Shown here one piece after another: positions 28,747 to 37,502 of a stretch of DNA of 64,000 nt (its first letter is position 1; every line of letters starts with the position of its first letter). Below the pieces are notes generated by a model, which searched no databases, was not told the DNA's origin, and saw only the letters and a program-made list of their open reading frames with translations. The stretch comes from Roseibium sp. (lineage in GTDB: Bacteria; Pseudomonadota; Alphaproteobacteria; Rhizobiales; Stappiaceae): NCBI RefSeq assembly GCF_050301095.1, contig NZ_JBNKYW010000267.1, positions 37,590 through 101,589 on the forward strand. The letters are read 5' to 3'. The position numbers and the translations under genes were made by a program.

Positions 28747-28851
28747 CCAAAACGATTTGCGCTCTTGGCCCGGATGTGGCCTGTTAGGCCTTCTGAAAAG
28801 ACCTGAGTCCATCAGGCCTGAGCCAATCTTTATGAAATTCAAGGATCCGTC

Positions 28852-30240
28852 ATGAGTTCCATAGACAAGGTCTTGGCGCGCGTCGATGCCAATCTCGACT
28901 CCAGCCTCGACCGCCTGTTCGACCTTCTCAAGATCAAGAGCATTTCCACCGACCCCGCCTTCAAGGCCCCCTGCCGGGAAGCCGCCGAATGGCTGGCGCG
29001 GGAGCTGAACGACATCGGCATCGAAGCCTCCGTCCGCGACACCTCAGGGCATCCCATGGTTGTCGGCCACAAGAAATCCGGCAAGCCGGGACCGCATGTC
29101 CTGTTCTATGGCCATTATGACGTCCAACCCGTCGATCCGCTGAACCTGTGGAAGCGCGATCCGTTCGATCCGGTCATCGAAACGAAGCCGGACGGCAGCA
29201 AGATCATCGTTGCGCGCGGCTCGGCCGACGACAAGGGCCAGTTGATGACTTTCGTCGAAGCGGCCCGCGCCTATCTGGAAGAAACCGGCGACCTGCCGCT
29301 TGATGTCACCATCCTTTTCGAAGGGGAAGAAGAGTCCGGTTCGCCATCGCTGCACCCGTTCCTGGAAGCCAACAAGGACGAGCTCAGCTGCGACCTGGCC
29401 CTGGTCTGCGACACCGGCATGTGGGACGCGGAAACCCCGGCCATCTCCATCATGCTGCGCGGCATGGTCGGCGATGAAATCATCGTCAAGGCGGCCAGCC
29501 GCGACCTGCATTCCGGGTCCTACGGCGGTTCGGCCCAGAACCCGAACCACATCGTCGCGGACATCATCGCCGGCCTGCACGACGAAAACGGCAAGGTCAC
29601 CCTGCCCGGCTTCTATGACGGCGTCATCGACATGCCGGAAGACGTCACGAACATGTGGGACGAGCTCGGCTTTTCCGTCGAGGAATTCCTCGGCGAGGTC
29701 GGCCTGAAACACCCGCGCGGCGAAAAGGACCGCATGCCGCTGGAGCACCTGTGGACCCGGCCGACGGTGGAAGTGAACGGCATGTGGGGCGGCTACCAGG
29801 GTGCCGGCTCCAAGACCGTGATCCCGGCCGAGGCCCATGCCAAGTTCACCTTCCGTCTTGTCGGCGATCAGGACCCGGACAAGATCCAGGAGGCCTTCCG
29901 CGCCTATGTGCGTTCGAAAATTCCGGCCGACTGCACGGTGGATTTCATCGCAAAGGAAGGCAGCCCGGCCCTGAGGCTCGACTTCGCCATGCCGGCGCTG
30001 GAAAAGGGCAAGAAGGCGCTGAAGGACGAATGGGGCAAGGAAGCCGCCCTCATCGGAATGGGCGGTTCCATTCCGATCGTCGGCGATTTCAAGCGCATGC
30101 TGGGTATGGATTCCCTCCTGATCGGTTTCGGCCTCGAGGACGACCAGATCCATTCTCCGAACGAGAAGTACAACCTGACCAGCTTCCACAAGGGCATCCG
30201 CTCCTGGGCACGTGTCCTGGACGAGCTTGCAAAAGGCTGA
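28852..30240 (+). CDS. M20 family metallopeptidase (dipeptidase / ArgE-DapE-ACY1-CPG2 type)
   Basis: 462 aa. Metal-binding motifs HVLFYGHYDVQP, ARGSADDKGQ and FEGEEESGS. Confidence 0.9.
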   Translation: MSSIDKVLARVDANLDSSLDRLFDLLKIKSISTDPAFKAPCREAAEWLARELNDIGIEASVRDTSGHPMVVGHKKSGKPGPHVLFYGHYDVQPVDPLNLWKRDPFDPVIETKPDGSKIIVARGSADDKGQLMTFVEAARAYLEETGDLPLDVTILFEGEEESGSPSLHPFLEANKDELSCDLALVCDTGMWDAETPAISIMLRGMVGDEIIVKAASRDLHSGSYGGSAQNPNHIVADIIAGLHDENGKVTLPGFYDGVIDMPEDVTNMWDELGFSVEEFLGEVGLKHPRGEKDRMPLEHLWTRPTVEVNGMWGGYQGAGSKTVIPAEAHAKFTFRLVGDQDPDKIQEAFRAYVRSKIPADCTVDFIAKEGSPALRLDFAMPALEKGKKALKDEWGKEAALIGMGGSIPIVGDFKRMLGMDSLLIGFGLEDDQIHSPNEKYNLTSFHKGIRSWARVLDELAKG

Positions 30241-30296
30241 GAGAAACTCACAACCGGCCAGGCGGACCTTTCCGCCCGGCCCAGTGTTCGGGAGAC

Positions 30297-30884
30297 ATGG
30301 GAATGAAATCCATCTGCGTCTTTTGCGGCTCCAGCTACGGAACGCTTGAGGCTTATGGCGAGGCTGCGACTGCAACCGGCGAGGCCATTGCCGGAAAAGG
30401 TCTCCGGCTTGTCTATGGCGGTGCCAAGGTTGGCCTGATGGGCATGGTTGCGGATGCGGCACTGGCAGCCGGCGGCGAAGTCATCGGCGTCCTGCCGAAG
30501 TCCCTTGAGGAAAAGGAACTCGCCCACGAAGGCCTTACCGAACTGCATCTGGTCGGCTCCATGCATGAACGCAAGGCGCTGATGGCGGACCTTTCAGACG
30601 CCTTCATCGCCCTTCCTGGCGGCGTCGGCACGCTTGAGGAAATCTTCGAAGTCTGGACCTGGGGCCAGCTCGGCTATCACAGCAAGCCCTGCGGCTTCCT
30701 CAACATCGAAGGTTATTACGACCAGCTGATTGCCTTTCTGGATCATCAGACAGGGCAAGGGTTCACCAAGAAGGTCATGCGCGACATGGCCCAGATCGCA
30801 TCAACGCCCGACGATCTGATCGCGCAGTTCGAGGCCTATGTCCCGCCCTCGGCGCCGAAATGGATCGGCAGGGACGAGACCTGA
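30297..30884 (+). CDS. LOG family protein (TIGR00730; cytokinin riboside 5'-monophosphate phosphoribohydrolase-like)
   Basis: ICVFCGSS, VYGGAKVGLMG and PGGVGTLEE motifs. ATG at 30297 or 30303, within the longer ORF 29655..30884. Confidence 0.88.
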   Translation: MGMKSICVFCGSSYGTLEAYGEAATATGEAIAGKGLRLVYGGAKVGLMGMVADAALAAGGEVIGVLPKSLEEKELAHEGLTELHLVGSMHERKALMADLSDAFIALPGGVGTLEEIFEVWTWGQLGYHSKPCGFLNIEGYYDQLIAFLDHQTGQGFTKKVMRDMAQIASTPDDLIAQFEAYVPPSAPKWIGRDET

Positions 30885-31035
30885 CGGCTCCACACATAAG
30901 CTCTTGACGCCGTTACGGAATGCCAAACGACCTGTTCACAGTGTTCCGCCGTCCCTATGCAAACTTCCCGTTCCTTGCTACACCCCACTGCGCAGCCGCG
31001 TTTCCTGCGCGGCGGGGACTTTTCTGAGATTTTAC

Positions 31036-31626
31036 ATGCGTCTTTCTGCCTTCGGATTTGCCTGTCTTCTTGCGCTTGGCGCCGCCGCCTGTTCGCCCAC
31101 GGCCGACCTCGACGGAACGTCGGCGCGCATGTCGCTGGCTGCGGAGCCGACCTTCCTCCAGATCACCGAGGACAGCATCGGCGGCATAAACTCCAGCACC
31201 CCCTATAGCGAAAAGGCGATCGAAGCCGCCCTTCCCGGCTTCACCACCGAAGGCATCCAGTCGGCCGGTGAAAACAGCACCGAATGGGCTCTCGCGGTCT
31301 TCGACAGCAGCGGCTTTCAGGTCCTGCAGGTCTTCAAGGGCGGAAAGGGCAAGATCCGCACCGTCCACGGCGTGACCTATCATGTGCAGGGCCCGAACGG
31401 CGAACGCGTCGGCATGAGCCTGTCTGACATCGGCACCTCCCGCGCCGATTGCCGCGTGGGCAAGAACCTGTGGCGTGGCATGGCGATCTGCAAGTCAGAC
31501 GGTCATCCGAACGTGCAGCTTGTCTATTCCATTCCGGGCTACCAGGGCCCGTTCGACCGCCTGCCGGCGGAAAACGACCTCTTCGACGCCCAACTCCAGC
31601 GCATCCTCTGGACGCCGAAGGGCTGA
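31036..31626 (+). CDS. Hypothetical lipoprotein
   Basis: The ATG at 31036 lies in-frame in ORF 30838..31626. Signal sequence plus lipobox MRLSAFGFACLLALGAAAC. I am not confident of any family. Confidence 0.6.
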   Translation: MRLSAFGFACLLALGAAACSPTADLDGTSARMSLAAEPTFLQITEDSIGGINSSTPYSEKAIEAALPGFTTEGIQSAGENSTEWALAVFDSSGFQVLQVFKGGKGKIRTVHGVTYHVQGPNGERVGMSLSDIGTSRADCRVGKNLWRGMAICKSDGHPNVQLVYSIPGYQGPFDRLPAENDLFDAQLQRILWTPKG

Positions 31627-31697
31627 AGGCTTCTCGAAAGGCCTTCACCCTTTTGCGGCAGTGACCTTTGCCGAATCCTCAGGTAAAGCCTTGAAGC

Positions 31698-32696
31698 ATG
31701 ATGACCAGGGCACGACCAATCGATCCGGACAAACTTGCCGAGGACCTGAAGGCAGGCAAACGCGCGGCGCTTGCGCGCGCGATCACGCTGGTTGAATCCA
31801 GAAAGGCGGATCACAGGCATCAGGCGCACAGGCTGATCCAGTCCGTCCTGCCCTTGACCGGAAAGGCCTTGCGTGTCGGCATCACCGGTGTGCCGGGTGT
31901 CGGCAAGTCGACCACCATCGACATGCTGGGGTCCAACCTGACGGCTGCCGGCCACAAGGTGGCGGTTCTGGCGGTCGATCCCTCCTCCACCCGCACCGGC
32001 GGATCGATCCTCGGCGACAAGACACGCATGGCACAACTGGCCGTCGATCCGAACGCCTTCATCCGCCCCTCGCCCTCCGCCGGAACGCTCGGCGGCGTTG
32101 CTGCGAAGACCCGGGAAACCATGCTTTTGTGCGAAGCTGCCGGCTTTGACGTCATCCTCGTTGAAACCGTCGGCATCGGTCAGTCGGAGACAACGGTTGC
32201 CGACATGGTCGACTTCTTCCTTGTCCTGATGCTGCCGGGCGCCGGGGACGAACTTCAGGGGATCAAGAAGGGCGTTCTGGAAATCGCCGACATGATTGCG
32301 GTCAACAAGGCGGAAGGCGAAGGCGCGATGCGCGCGAGATCCGCCGCCTCCGACTACCGTGCCGCCTTGCATATCCTCGCCCCCAGGTCCCCAACGTGGA
32401 CGCCACCGGTAATCACCATCTCGGGACTTGCCAATGAAGGTCTCGATCATCTCTGGGAGCAGATCGGGATCTACCGCGAGCGCATGCAGGCAAGCGGCGA
32501 ATGGAAGGAAAAGCGCAGCCGTCAGCAGGTTGCCTGGATGTGGGACATGCTGCAACAGCGGATGATGATGACCTTGAAATCGAGTTCCAGGACAGCCGAG
32601 CGCCTGCAGGCCCTCGAAGCGGAAGTCAGGGACGGCCGGACGGCCGTGTCGCTGGCCGTCGACGAACTGGCAGACCTGATGGGGTTGAAGGAATGA
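31698..32696 (+). CDS. meaB: Methylmalonyl-CoA mutase-associated GTPase MeaB (ArgK family)
   Basis: 332 aa with P-loop GVPGVGKST, VETVGIGQSE and NKAE (NKxD-type) motifs. Confidence 0.92.
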   Translation: MMTRARPIDPDKLAEDLKAGKRAALARAITLVESRKADHRHQAHRLIQSVLPLTGKALRVGITGVPGVGKSTTIDMLGSNLTAAGHKVAVLAVDPSSTRTGGSILGDKTRMAQLAVDPNAFIRPSPSAGTLGGVAAKTRETMLLCEAAGFDVILVETVGIGQSETTVADMVDFFLVLMLPGAGDELQGIKKGVLEIADMIAVNKAEGEGAMRARSAASDYRAALHILAPRSPTWTPPVITISGLANEGLDHLWEQIGIYRERMQASGEWKEKRSRQQVAWMWDMLQQRMMMTLKSSSRTAERLQALEAEVRDGRTAVSLAVDELADLMGLKE

Positions 32697-33304
32697 CGGC
32701 TGAACGGCCCAAAACCATTCTGGTCACCGGTTTTTCCCCCTTCCCCGGCGCGCCGGTCAACCCGACCGAACGCCTGATGCGCCGCCTGCCGCAACGGCTT
32801 GGGCATCATCAATCCGGTGTCCGTTTCGTCTTTGAGGTCCTGCCGACTACCTGGGCGGGACGCCAGGAGGTGACCGCGAAACTGCGCGACGCCCTCAGGC
32901 CCGACGCCATCGTGCATTTTGGCGTCGACGGCACGCGCCGCACGATCAATGTGGAGACAAGAGCGGTCAACCGGGCCGTTCGCGTGCGCCCGGATGCCGC
33001 CGGGCTTTCCCCGGATCGGCCCGAACTTGCGAAATCGAACGAGCGGACCCGATCCGCCACCCTGCCCGCGGAGCCCTTGCGCGCGGCGGCCCGGACCGGC
33101 GGCGCTCCGGCAAGGCTCTCCCACGATGCCGGGACGTATCTGTGCAACGCGACGCTGTGGGATTCCATCGGCTCGGGCATTCCAAGCATCTTCATTCATG
33201 TACCAGCCCTTCCCAAAGGGCGGAAAGACACGCGGCCGGGATACCCCGTCATCGAGGAAGCTGCCGTCAGGCTGCTCAAGGAGGCAGCGCGACGGCTGCG
33301 CTGA
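32693..33304 (+). CDS. pcp: Pyroglutamyl-peptidase I (pyrrolidone-carboxylate peptidase, C15)
   Basis: MTAERPKTILVTGFSPF..., Cys region DAGTYLCNATLW and His region IFIHVP. The ATG at 32693 overlaps the meaB TGA (ATGA). Confidence 0.82.
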   Translation: MTAERPKTILVTGFSPFPGAPVNPTERLMRRLPQRLGHHQSGVRFVFEVLPTTWAGRQEVTAKLRDALRPDAIVHFGVDGTRRTINVETRAVNRAVRVRPDAAGLSPDRPELAKSNERTRSATLPAEPLRAAARTGGAPARLSHDAGTYLCNATLWDSIGSGIPSIFIHVPALPKGRKDTRPGYPVIEEAAVRLLKEAARRLR

Positions 33305-33342
33305 AGCCAAAGGACTGCCCGATCCGATTGCGGACTACGCCG

Positions 33343-33933
33343 TCAGCTCGTTTTGACCTTCTCCAGAAGCCACGCGACCTGCCGGATGCAGTCGTCCGCC
33401 ATCTGTGAAGCCAGCCCCGCCCGGCCCAGGACTCTCAGGCCGAAATAGGCCGAGAGGACGCCCCGTGCCGTTTCGCGGGCCGCCGCCTCCTTCAAATGCG
33501 GGTCTTCCCGAAGCGCCTTGAAAAAGGCGGTCTCCAGCCGCAGCACCATGACCTGGAGCTTTGCCTCCGCTTCCCCGCCTTCCGCCGCCTTGTCGACCAG
33601 CGCATTGCACAGGAAGCAGCCCAGCCTGTCGCCGTCCTGCCGCACAGCGTCCGCGACCCGGTTGAAGAGACCGAGGATGCGATCGGGGCCGTTGCCCTGG
33701 GTCCTGTCGCCCAGATACGCAACCGTCGCCGAGATGACCTTTTCGTTGTAGCGGTCGAGCGCGGCCAGATAGACCGAGTGCTTGTCGTGAAAGGCCTTGT
33801 AGAACGAGCCCTTGGTAATCTCCATCGCCGCCAGCAATTCTGCCAGCGATGCCTCTTCGTAACCAACATCCCAGAAAAGGCCCATGGCCTTGTCCATGGC
33901 TTCTTCAGTGTCGAATTCGCGCGGTCTTGCCAT
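33343..33933 (-). CDS. TetR/AcrR family transcriptional regulator
   Basis: 196 aa. N-terminal HTH: RPREFDTEEAMDKAMGLFWDVGYEEASLAELLAAMEITKGSFYKAFHDKH. Confidence 0.9.
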   Translation of the reverse strand: MARPREFDTEEAMDKAMGLFWDVGYEEASLAELLAAMEITKGSFYKAFHDKHSVYLAALDRYNEKVISATVAYLGDRTQGNGPDRILGLFNRVADAVRQDGDRLGCFLCNALVDKAAEGGEAEAKLQVMVLRLETAFFKALREDPHLKEAAARETARGVLSAYFGLRVLGRAGLASQMADDCIRQVAWLLEKVKTS

Positions 33934-33996
33934 TTCTGCTCCGGGGACTGCGTCACATCACAGCCGCATCACGTTTCCCTCACGCGCTTGTGTTTT

Positions 33997-34077
33997 GTAC
34001 CGATTGGTTCCTAACCATATCTTCTGTGCACCGGCGGGAGAGAGCACTCGTCTGATTTGTTTGGAACCGAATGGTAC
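33997..34077. promoter_or_regulatory. Candidate TetR operator pair (inverted 15-nt boxes)
   Basis: GTACCGATTGGTTCC (33997-34011) and GGAACCGAATGGTAC (34063-34077) share the GTACC-N5-GGTTCC pattern in opposite orientation. They lie within the tetR / YHS-gene divergent intergenic region. Confidence 0.3.
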
Positions 34078-34159
34078 CGAAAAAAACAGGCAAGAGCAAT
34101 CACCACCCCGCCGGCAAGAAGTTCATAGCGCTATTCCGACTTACTGGGAGTGTTTCCAT

Positions 34160-34633
34160 ATGCTGAAAAATCTGATCCGCGGTTCCGTTGCCGCTCTTGT
34201 TGTTGTCACCGGCCTTGTTTCCAACGCCTTTGGTGCGGGCTTCGACGTCAACGCCACCATCACCGGCCTCGCTCTTCGCGGCGTCGATCCGGTCTCCTAC
34301 TTCACCAAGGGAGCACCGCAAGACGGCGACATTTCCATCACCGCGGTTCACAACGGTGCCACCTACCGCTTCGCTTCCGAAGAAAACCGCGACCTCTTCA
34401 AGCAGAACCCGGACAAGTACCTGCCCCAGTACGGCGGTTTCTGCGCCTTCGGCGCCGCCATGGGCGTGAAGGTTGATGGCGATCCGGACCTTTGGAAAAT
34501 CGTCGACAACAAGCTCTACCTGAACCTGGCTCCGTCCGTTCAGGAACGCTGGAGCAAGGATGTTAACGGCTTCATCGCAACGGCTGACGAAAACTGGGTG
34601 AAACTGGAAAACGTCGATCCGAACGAACTCTAA
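34160..34633 (+). CDS. YHS-domain protein, secreted (Cys form of the YHS domain (seleno)protein family)
   Basis: The ATG at 34160 lies in ORF 33884..34633. It has a signal peptide, and GVDPVSYF...YRFASEENRDLFKQNPDKYLPQYGGFCAFG is characteristic of the family. Confidence 0.8.
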   Translation: MLKNLIRGSVAALVVVTGLVSNAFGAGFDVNATITGLALRGVDPVSYFTKGAPQDGDISITAVHNGATYRFASEENRDLFKQNPDKYLPQYGGFCAFGAAMGVKVDGDPDLWKIVDNKLYLNLAPSVQERWSKDVNGFIATADENWVKLENVDPNEL

Positions 34634-34689
34634 TCGGTCTTACGCCCCTGAAGACCGATAGGAACGGGAAGCCTGTCCCGTTCCACCAG

Positions 34690-34722
34690 ACCGGCCGGGA
34701 CCTCTGCCCCGGCCGGTTTTTT
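34690..34722 (+). terminator. Rho-independent terminator
   Basis: 10-bp stem accggccggg / cccggccggt followed by T6. Two further hairpins precede it (about 34637-34662 and 34663-34686). Confidence 0.7.
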
Positions 34723-34817
34723 GTTGCAAAACCCCTCCGCAGGCATGTCGGCACGCCACTTGCTCCTTCCAGGCCAGACACTGGAGACGCATCCCGATCC
34801 GGGACGCATTCAAGCAA

Positions 34818-36200
34818 TTGGCACGGCTCATGACATTAAATCTCGCAAATCTGAACCGACGTGCGTTTCTTGCCGGGACAGCCCTGTGCCTTTCCGGGAC
34901 AGTTGCCTCCGCGCAGATGAAGGTGGCCGACCTGAGGGGATCCATCGATTCCGCCGATCTCGGCCTTGTTCCGAACGCCGCGAACGATCAGACCACCCAA
35001 TTCCAGAATGCGGTGAACCGGGCGGTCGAGCGCGGCCGGGCGCTGTTCCTGCCCGCCGGGACCTATCCAGTTGCCAATCTGCGCCTGCCGTCGGGAACCC
35101 TGATAGTCGGAGTTCCGGGTCGTACCCGACTGGTCTATCAGGGCGGTGGCGGCCAATTGATCCGCGCGGAGGGCGTCAGCAACGTCGGTCTGACCGGCAT
35201 CACTTTCGACGGCGCCAACAGGTCCATCGGCGATTTCACCGAAGGATTGCTGCATTTCATCGGTGTCAGGAACCTTTCCCTCGACAACTGCCAGATTGCC
35301 GGCTCGGCAAAGACCGGCCTCGTGCTGGACCGCTGTTCCGGCCGCGTGGAAAACTGCCTGATATCGGGGTCGGCAGAAGCCGGGATGCGCTCGAACGAAG
35401 CGGACGGGCTGGCGATTACCGGCAATACTGTCACCGATTGCGCCAATGGCGGCATCTGGGTGCACCGCTGGCGCGAGGGCGAGGACGGGACCATCGTCTC
35501 CGGCAACCGGGTGGAGCGCATTGGCGCCCGCTACGGCGGCACGGGACAGTTCGGCAACGGCATCAACGTCTTCCGGGCACATGGCGTCATTGTGTCGAAC
35601 AACCGCGTTGCCGATTGCGCCTTTTCCGCAATCCGCTCCAACAGCGGTTCGAACGTGCAGATCCTGGGCAATTCCTGCATGCGGTCGGGCGAAACGGCCA
35701 TCTATTCCGAATTCGGTTTTCAGGGGGCGGTGATTTCCAACAACATCGTGGACGGCGCCACCACCGGCATCTCGATCGCCAATTTCATGAACGGCGGCCG
35801 CATGGCAGTCTGTTCCGGCAACCTGATCCGCAACATTTCCGAAGACGGCCCTTACCCTCCGGAAGTCGCCGGATTCGGCATCGGCATTGCCGCCGAAGCC
35901 GACACGGCACTCACCGGCAATGTGATCGAGGGCGCACCGAAGTTCGGCCTGCTGCTCGGCTGGGGTCCTTACATGCGCAACATTGCGGCCTCCCAGAACG
36001 TGCTCAGGGAATGCGGCACCGGCATCGCGGTGACCGTGGTGGATGGCGCAGGACCGGCCATCATCACCAACAATATCGTGCAAGGCGCGAAATCCGGCGC
36101 GATCAACGGCTTCCGATGGCTGGAAAAAGCCACCGGAGAACTCAACAACGCCTCCGACTTCGCCAATCTGACGGTTCAGGGCAATCAGGTCATGGCCTGA
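34818..36200 (+). CDS. Tat-exported right-handed parallel beta-helix repeat protein (TIGR03808-like)
   Basis: 460 aa with a Tat signal (NRRAFLAGTALCLSGTVASA) and repeated ~22-25-aa beta-helix units (e.g. NVGLTGITFDG, NLSLDNCQIAGS, GLAITGNTVTDC, GVIVSNNRVADC, NVQILGNSC, AVISNNIVDG). Confidence 0.8.
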   Translation: MARLMTLNLANLNRRAFLAGTALCLSGTVASAQMKVADLRGSIDSADLGLVPNAANDQTTQFQNAVNRAVERGRALFLPAGTYPVANLRLPSGTLIVGVPGRTRLVYQGGGGQLIRAEGVSNVGLTGITFDGANRSIGDFTEGLLHFIGVRNLSLDNCQIAGSAKTGLVLDRCSGRVENCLISGSAEAGMRSNEADGLAITGNTVTDCANGGIWVHRWREGEDGTIVSGNRVERIGARYGGTGQFGNGINVFRAHGVIVSNNRVADCAFSAIRSNSGSNVQILGNSCMRSGETAIYSEFGFQGAVISNNIVDGATTGISIANFMNGGRMAVCSGNLIRNISEDGPYPPEVAGFGIGIAAEADTALTGNVIEGAPKFGLLLGWGPYMRNIAASQNVLRECGTGIAVTVVDGAGPAIITNNIVQGAKSGAINGFRWLEKATGELNNASDFANLTVQGNQVMA

Positions 36201-36221
36201 TTGCCCCCTTCCCTGTCTTTG

Positions 36222-37025
36222 TTACGCCGCGGGAGCGAACCGCAGGGACAGGCAAGACAGCCCGCCGTCGACCTTCCGCGCCTCATGGGTCGGCACCACG
36301 ACGGTCTTGAAGCCCGCGGCCTCGATGGCTGCCAGCGTCTTCGGATAGCCTTCCGGCACCAGAACGACATCGTTCACCCGGATGACATTGGCCGCATAAT
36401 CTTCGCCTTCCGGCACCACCACCAGGGGCCGCTCGCCGAAGAAGCCACTGTCGGCCATTACTTTCGTCGCCAGGATCACGCCGTCGCCGAGCGTGGAACA
36501 GGCGGTCTTGAAATGCAGCACGCCTTCCGGCGTTTCGCAGATTTCCGCGTTGTAGCCCCAGTCCCCGAGAACCTGAGCGAAGGCTTCGGCGCCATCCCTG
36601 TCGGTACGCGCGGACAGGCCGATCAGAATGACATCGTCCAGCATCAGGACATCGCCGCCGTCTACATGCCCATTGCCGGGAAGTTCGACAACCTTGCCGA
36701 AGACCTTGTCCAGCGCCGGGCGAATTTCCCTGCCCTCGCCTTCGCGGCTGTCGGTGCCTGGCCGAAGCTGGATCGCCCCTTCCGGCAGGCAGAAGGCGGG
36801 ATCCTCGACAAAGCAGCTGTCCGGAAAGGCTTCCAGCGCCGGCAGAACCTCGACGGTGAGACCTGCCTCTTGAAGAGCCTTCACGTAAAGCTCATGTTCT
36901 TCCCGGAACTTTGCACCGCTCGGATCTCCGGTATCCACCGCCCGGATGCCACCGGCAACGCTATCGGCGGGCGTTCTCGTGATCGCGTGTGTGAAACGGA
37001 AAGACAGACCTTTGTGGTGCGCCAT
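36222..37025 (-). CDS. Dimethylarginine dimethylaminohydrolase-like amidinotransferase-superfamily enzyme
   Basis: 267 aa from the ATG at 37025 (MAHHKGLSFRFTHAITR). Pentein-fold motifs and a C-terminal catalytic Cys region VDGGLSCLSLRF. ORF 36222..37271 extends upstream. Confidence 0.82.
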   Translation of the reverse strand: MAHHKGLSFRFTHAITRTPADSVAGGIRAVDTGDPSGAKFREEHELYVKALQEAGLTVEVLPALEAFPDSCFVEDPAFCLPEGAIQLRPGTDSREGEGREIRPALDKVFGKVVELPGNGHVDGGDVLMLDDVILIGLSARTDRDGAEAFAQVLGDWGYNAEICETPEGVLHFKTACSTLGDGVILATKVMADSGFFGERPLVVVPEGEDYAANVIRVNDVVLVPEGYPKTLAAIEAAGFKTVVVPTHEARKVDGGLSCLSLRFAPAA

Positions 37026-37037
37026 GGTGGAACTCCA

Positions 37038-37487
37038 ATGAAAACGACAAGCGACCAACCAGCCATCCGCCGTGCGGAAATGCAAGATGCCGCTGCCGTG
37101 AAATCCTGTATCGACCGCGCCTATGCACCGGTAAAATCGAAGATCGACGACCTGCCCGACGTCTCGGCAGGCGTGGAAGAGGACATTGCCTCGAACGTTG
37201 TGTTTGTCGCCGAGACCGGAGCCGGGATTGCCGGCTGCGCCATTCTGGGCCTCGCCAGCGGCTCGGCTCATCTTTCAAACGTCGCCGTCGATCCTGCCTT
37301 CAAGGGCCTAGGCTTGGGCAAGGCGCTTATCGGGACTGCCGAAACCCATGCCAGGAACAACGGCGCCAGGGAAATCCACCTGGCGACTCACATCCGCATG
37401 CCGGAAAACGTTGGCCTTTACACTCATCTCGGCTGGCATGAAACTTCAAGAAACGGCAACAAGATCCTTATGAAAAAGAAACTTTGA
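37038..37487 (+). CDS. GNAT family N-acetyltransferase
   Basis: The ATG at 37038 lies within ORF 36201..37487. Motif A: VAVDPAFKGLGLGKALI. The gene is divergent from the DDAH-like gene, with only 12 nt between the two starts. Confidence 0.8.
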   Translation: MKTTSDQPAIRRAEMQDAAAVKSCIDRAYAPVKSKIDDLPDVSAGVEEDIASNVVFVAETGAGIAGCAILGLASGSAHLSNVAVDPAFKGLGLGKALIGTAETHARNNGAREIHLATHIRMPENVGLYTHLGWHETSRNGNKILMKKKL

Positions 37488-37502
37488 CCTTTTCAAGAGC
37501 TC

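Noticed and set aside
26365-28842. An 825-aa minus-strand ORF spanning the DUF853 ATPase and CDF transporter genes.
   Set aside because: It is an antisense shadow. It crosses two well-supported plus-strand genes and their 6-nt spacer, and its product is Arg/Gly/Ala-rich with no domain signature.
31624-31655. A possible terminator after the lipoprotein gene (7-bp stem tgaaggc/gccttca, 10-nt loop, cccTTTTg).
   Set aside because: The stem is short with a large loop, and a C-rich spacer precedes the T tract. It is too weak to list as a feature.
34721-36310. A 529-aa plus-strand alternative frame and a 415-aa minus-strand ORF (34836..36083) overlapping the beta-helix repeat protein gene.
   Set aside because: The 34818..36200 frame has a Tat signal and periodic beta-helix repeats. 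The alternative frames translate to Arg/Gly/Pro-rich nonsense.
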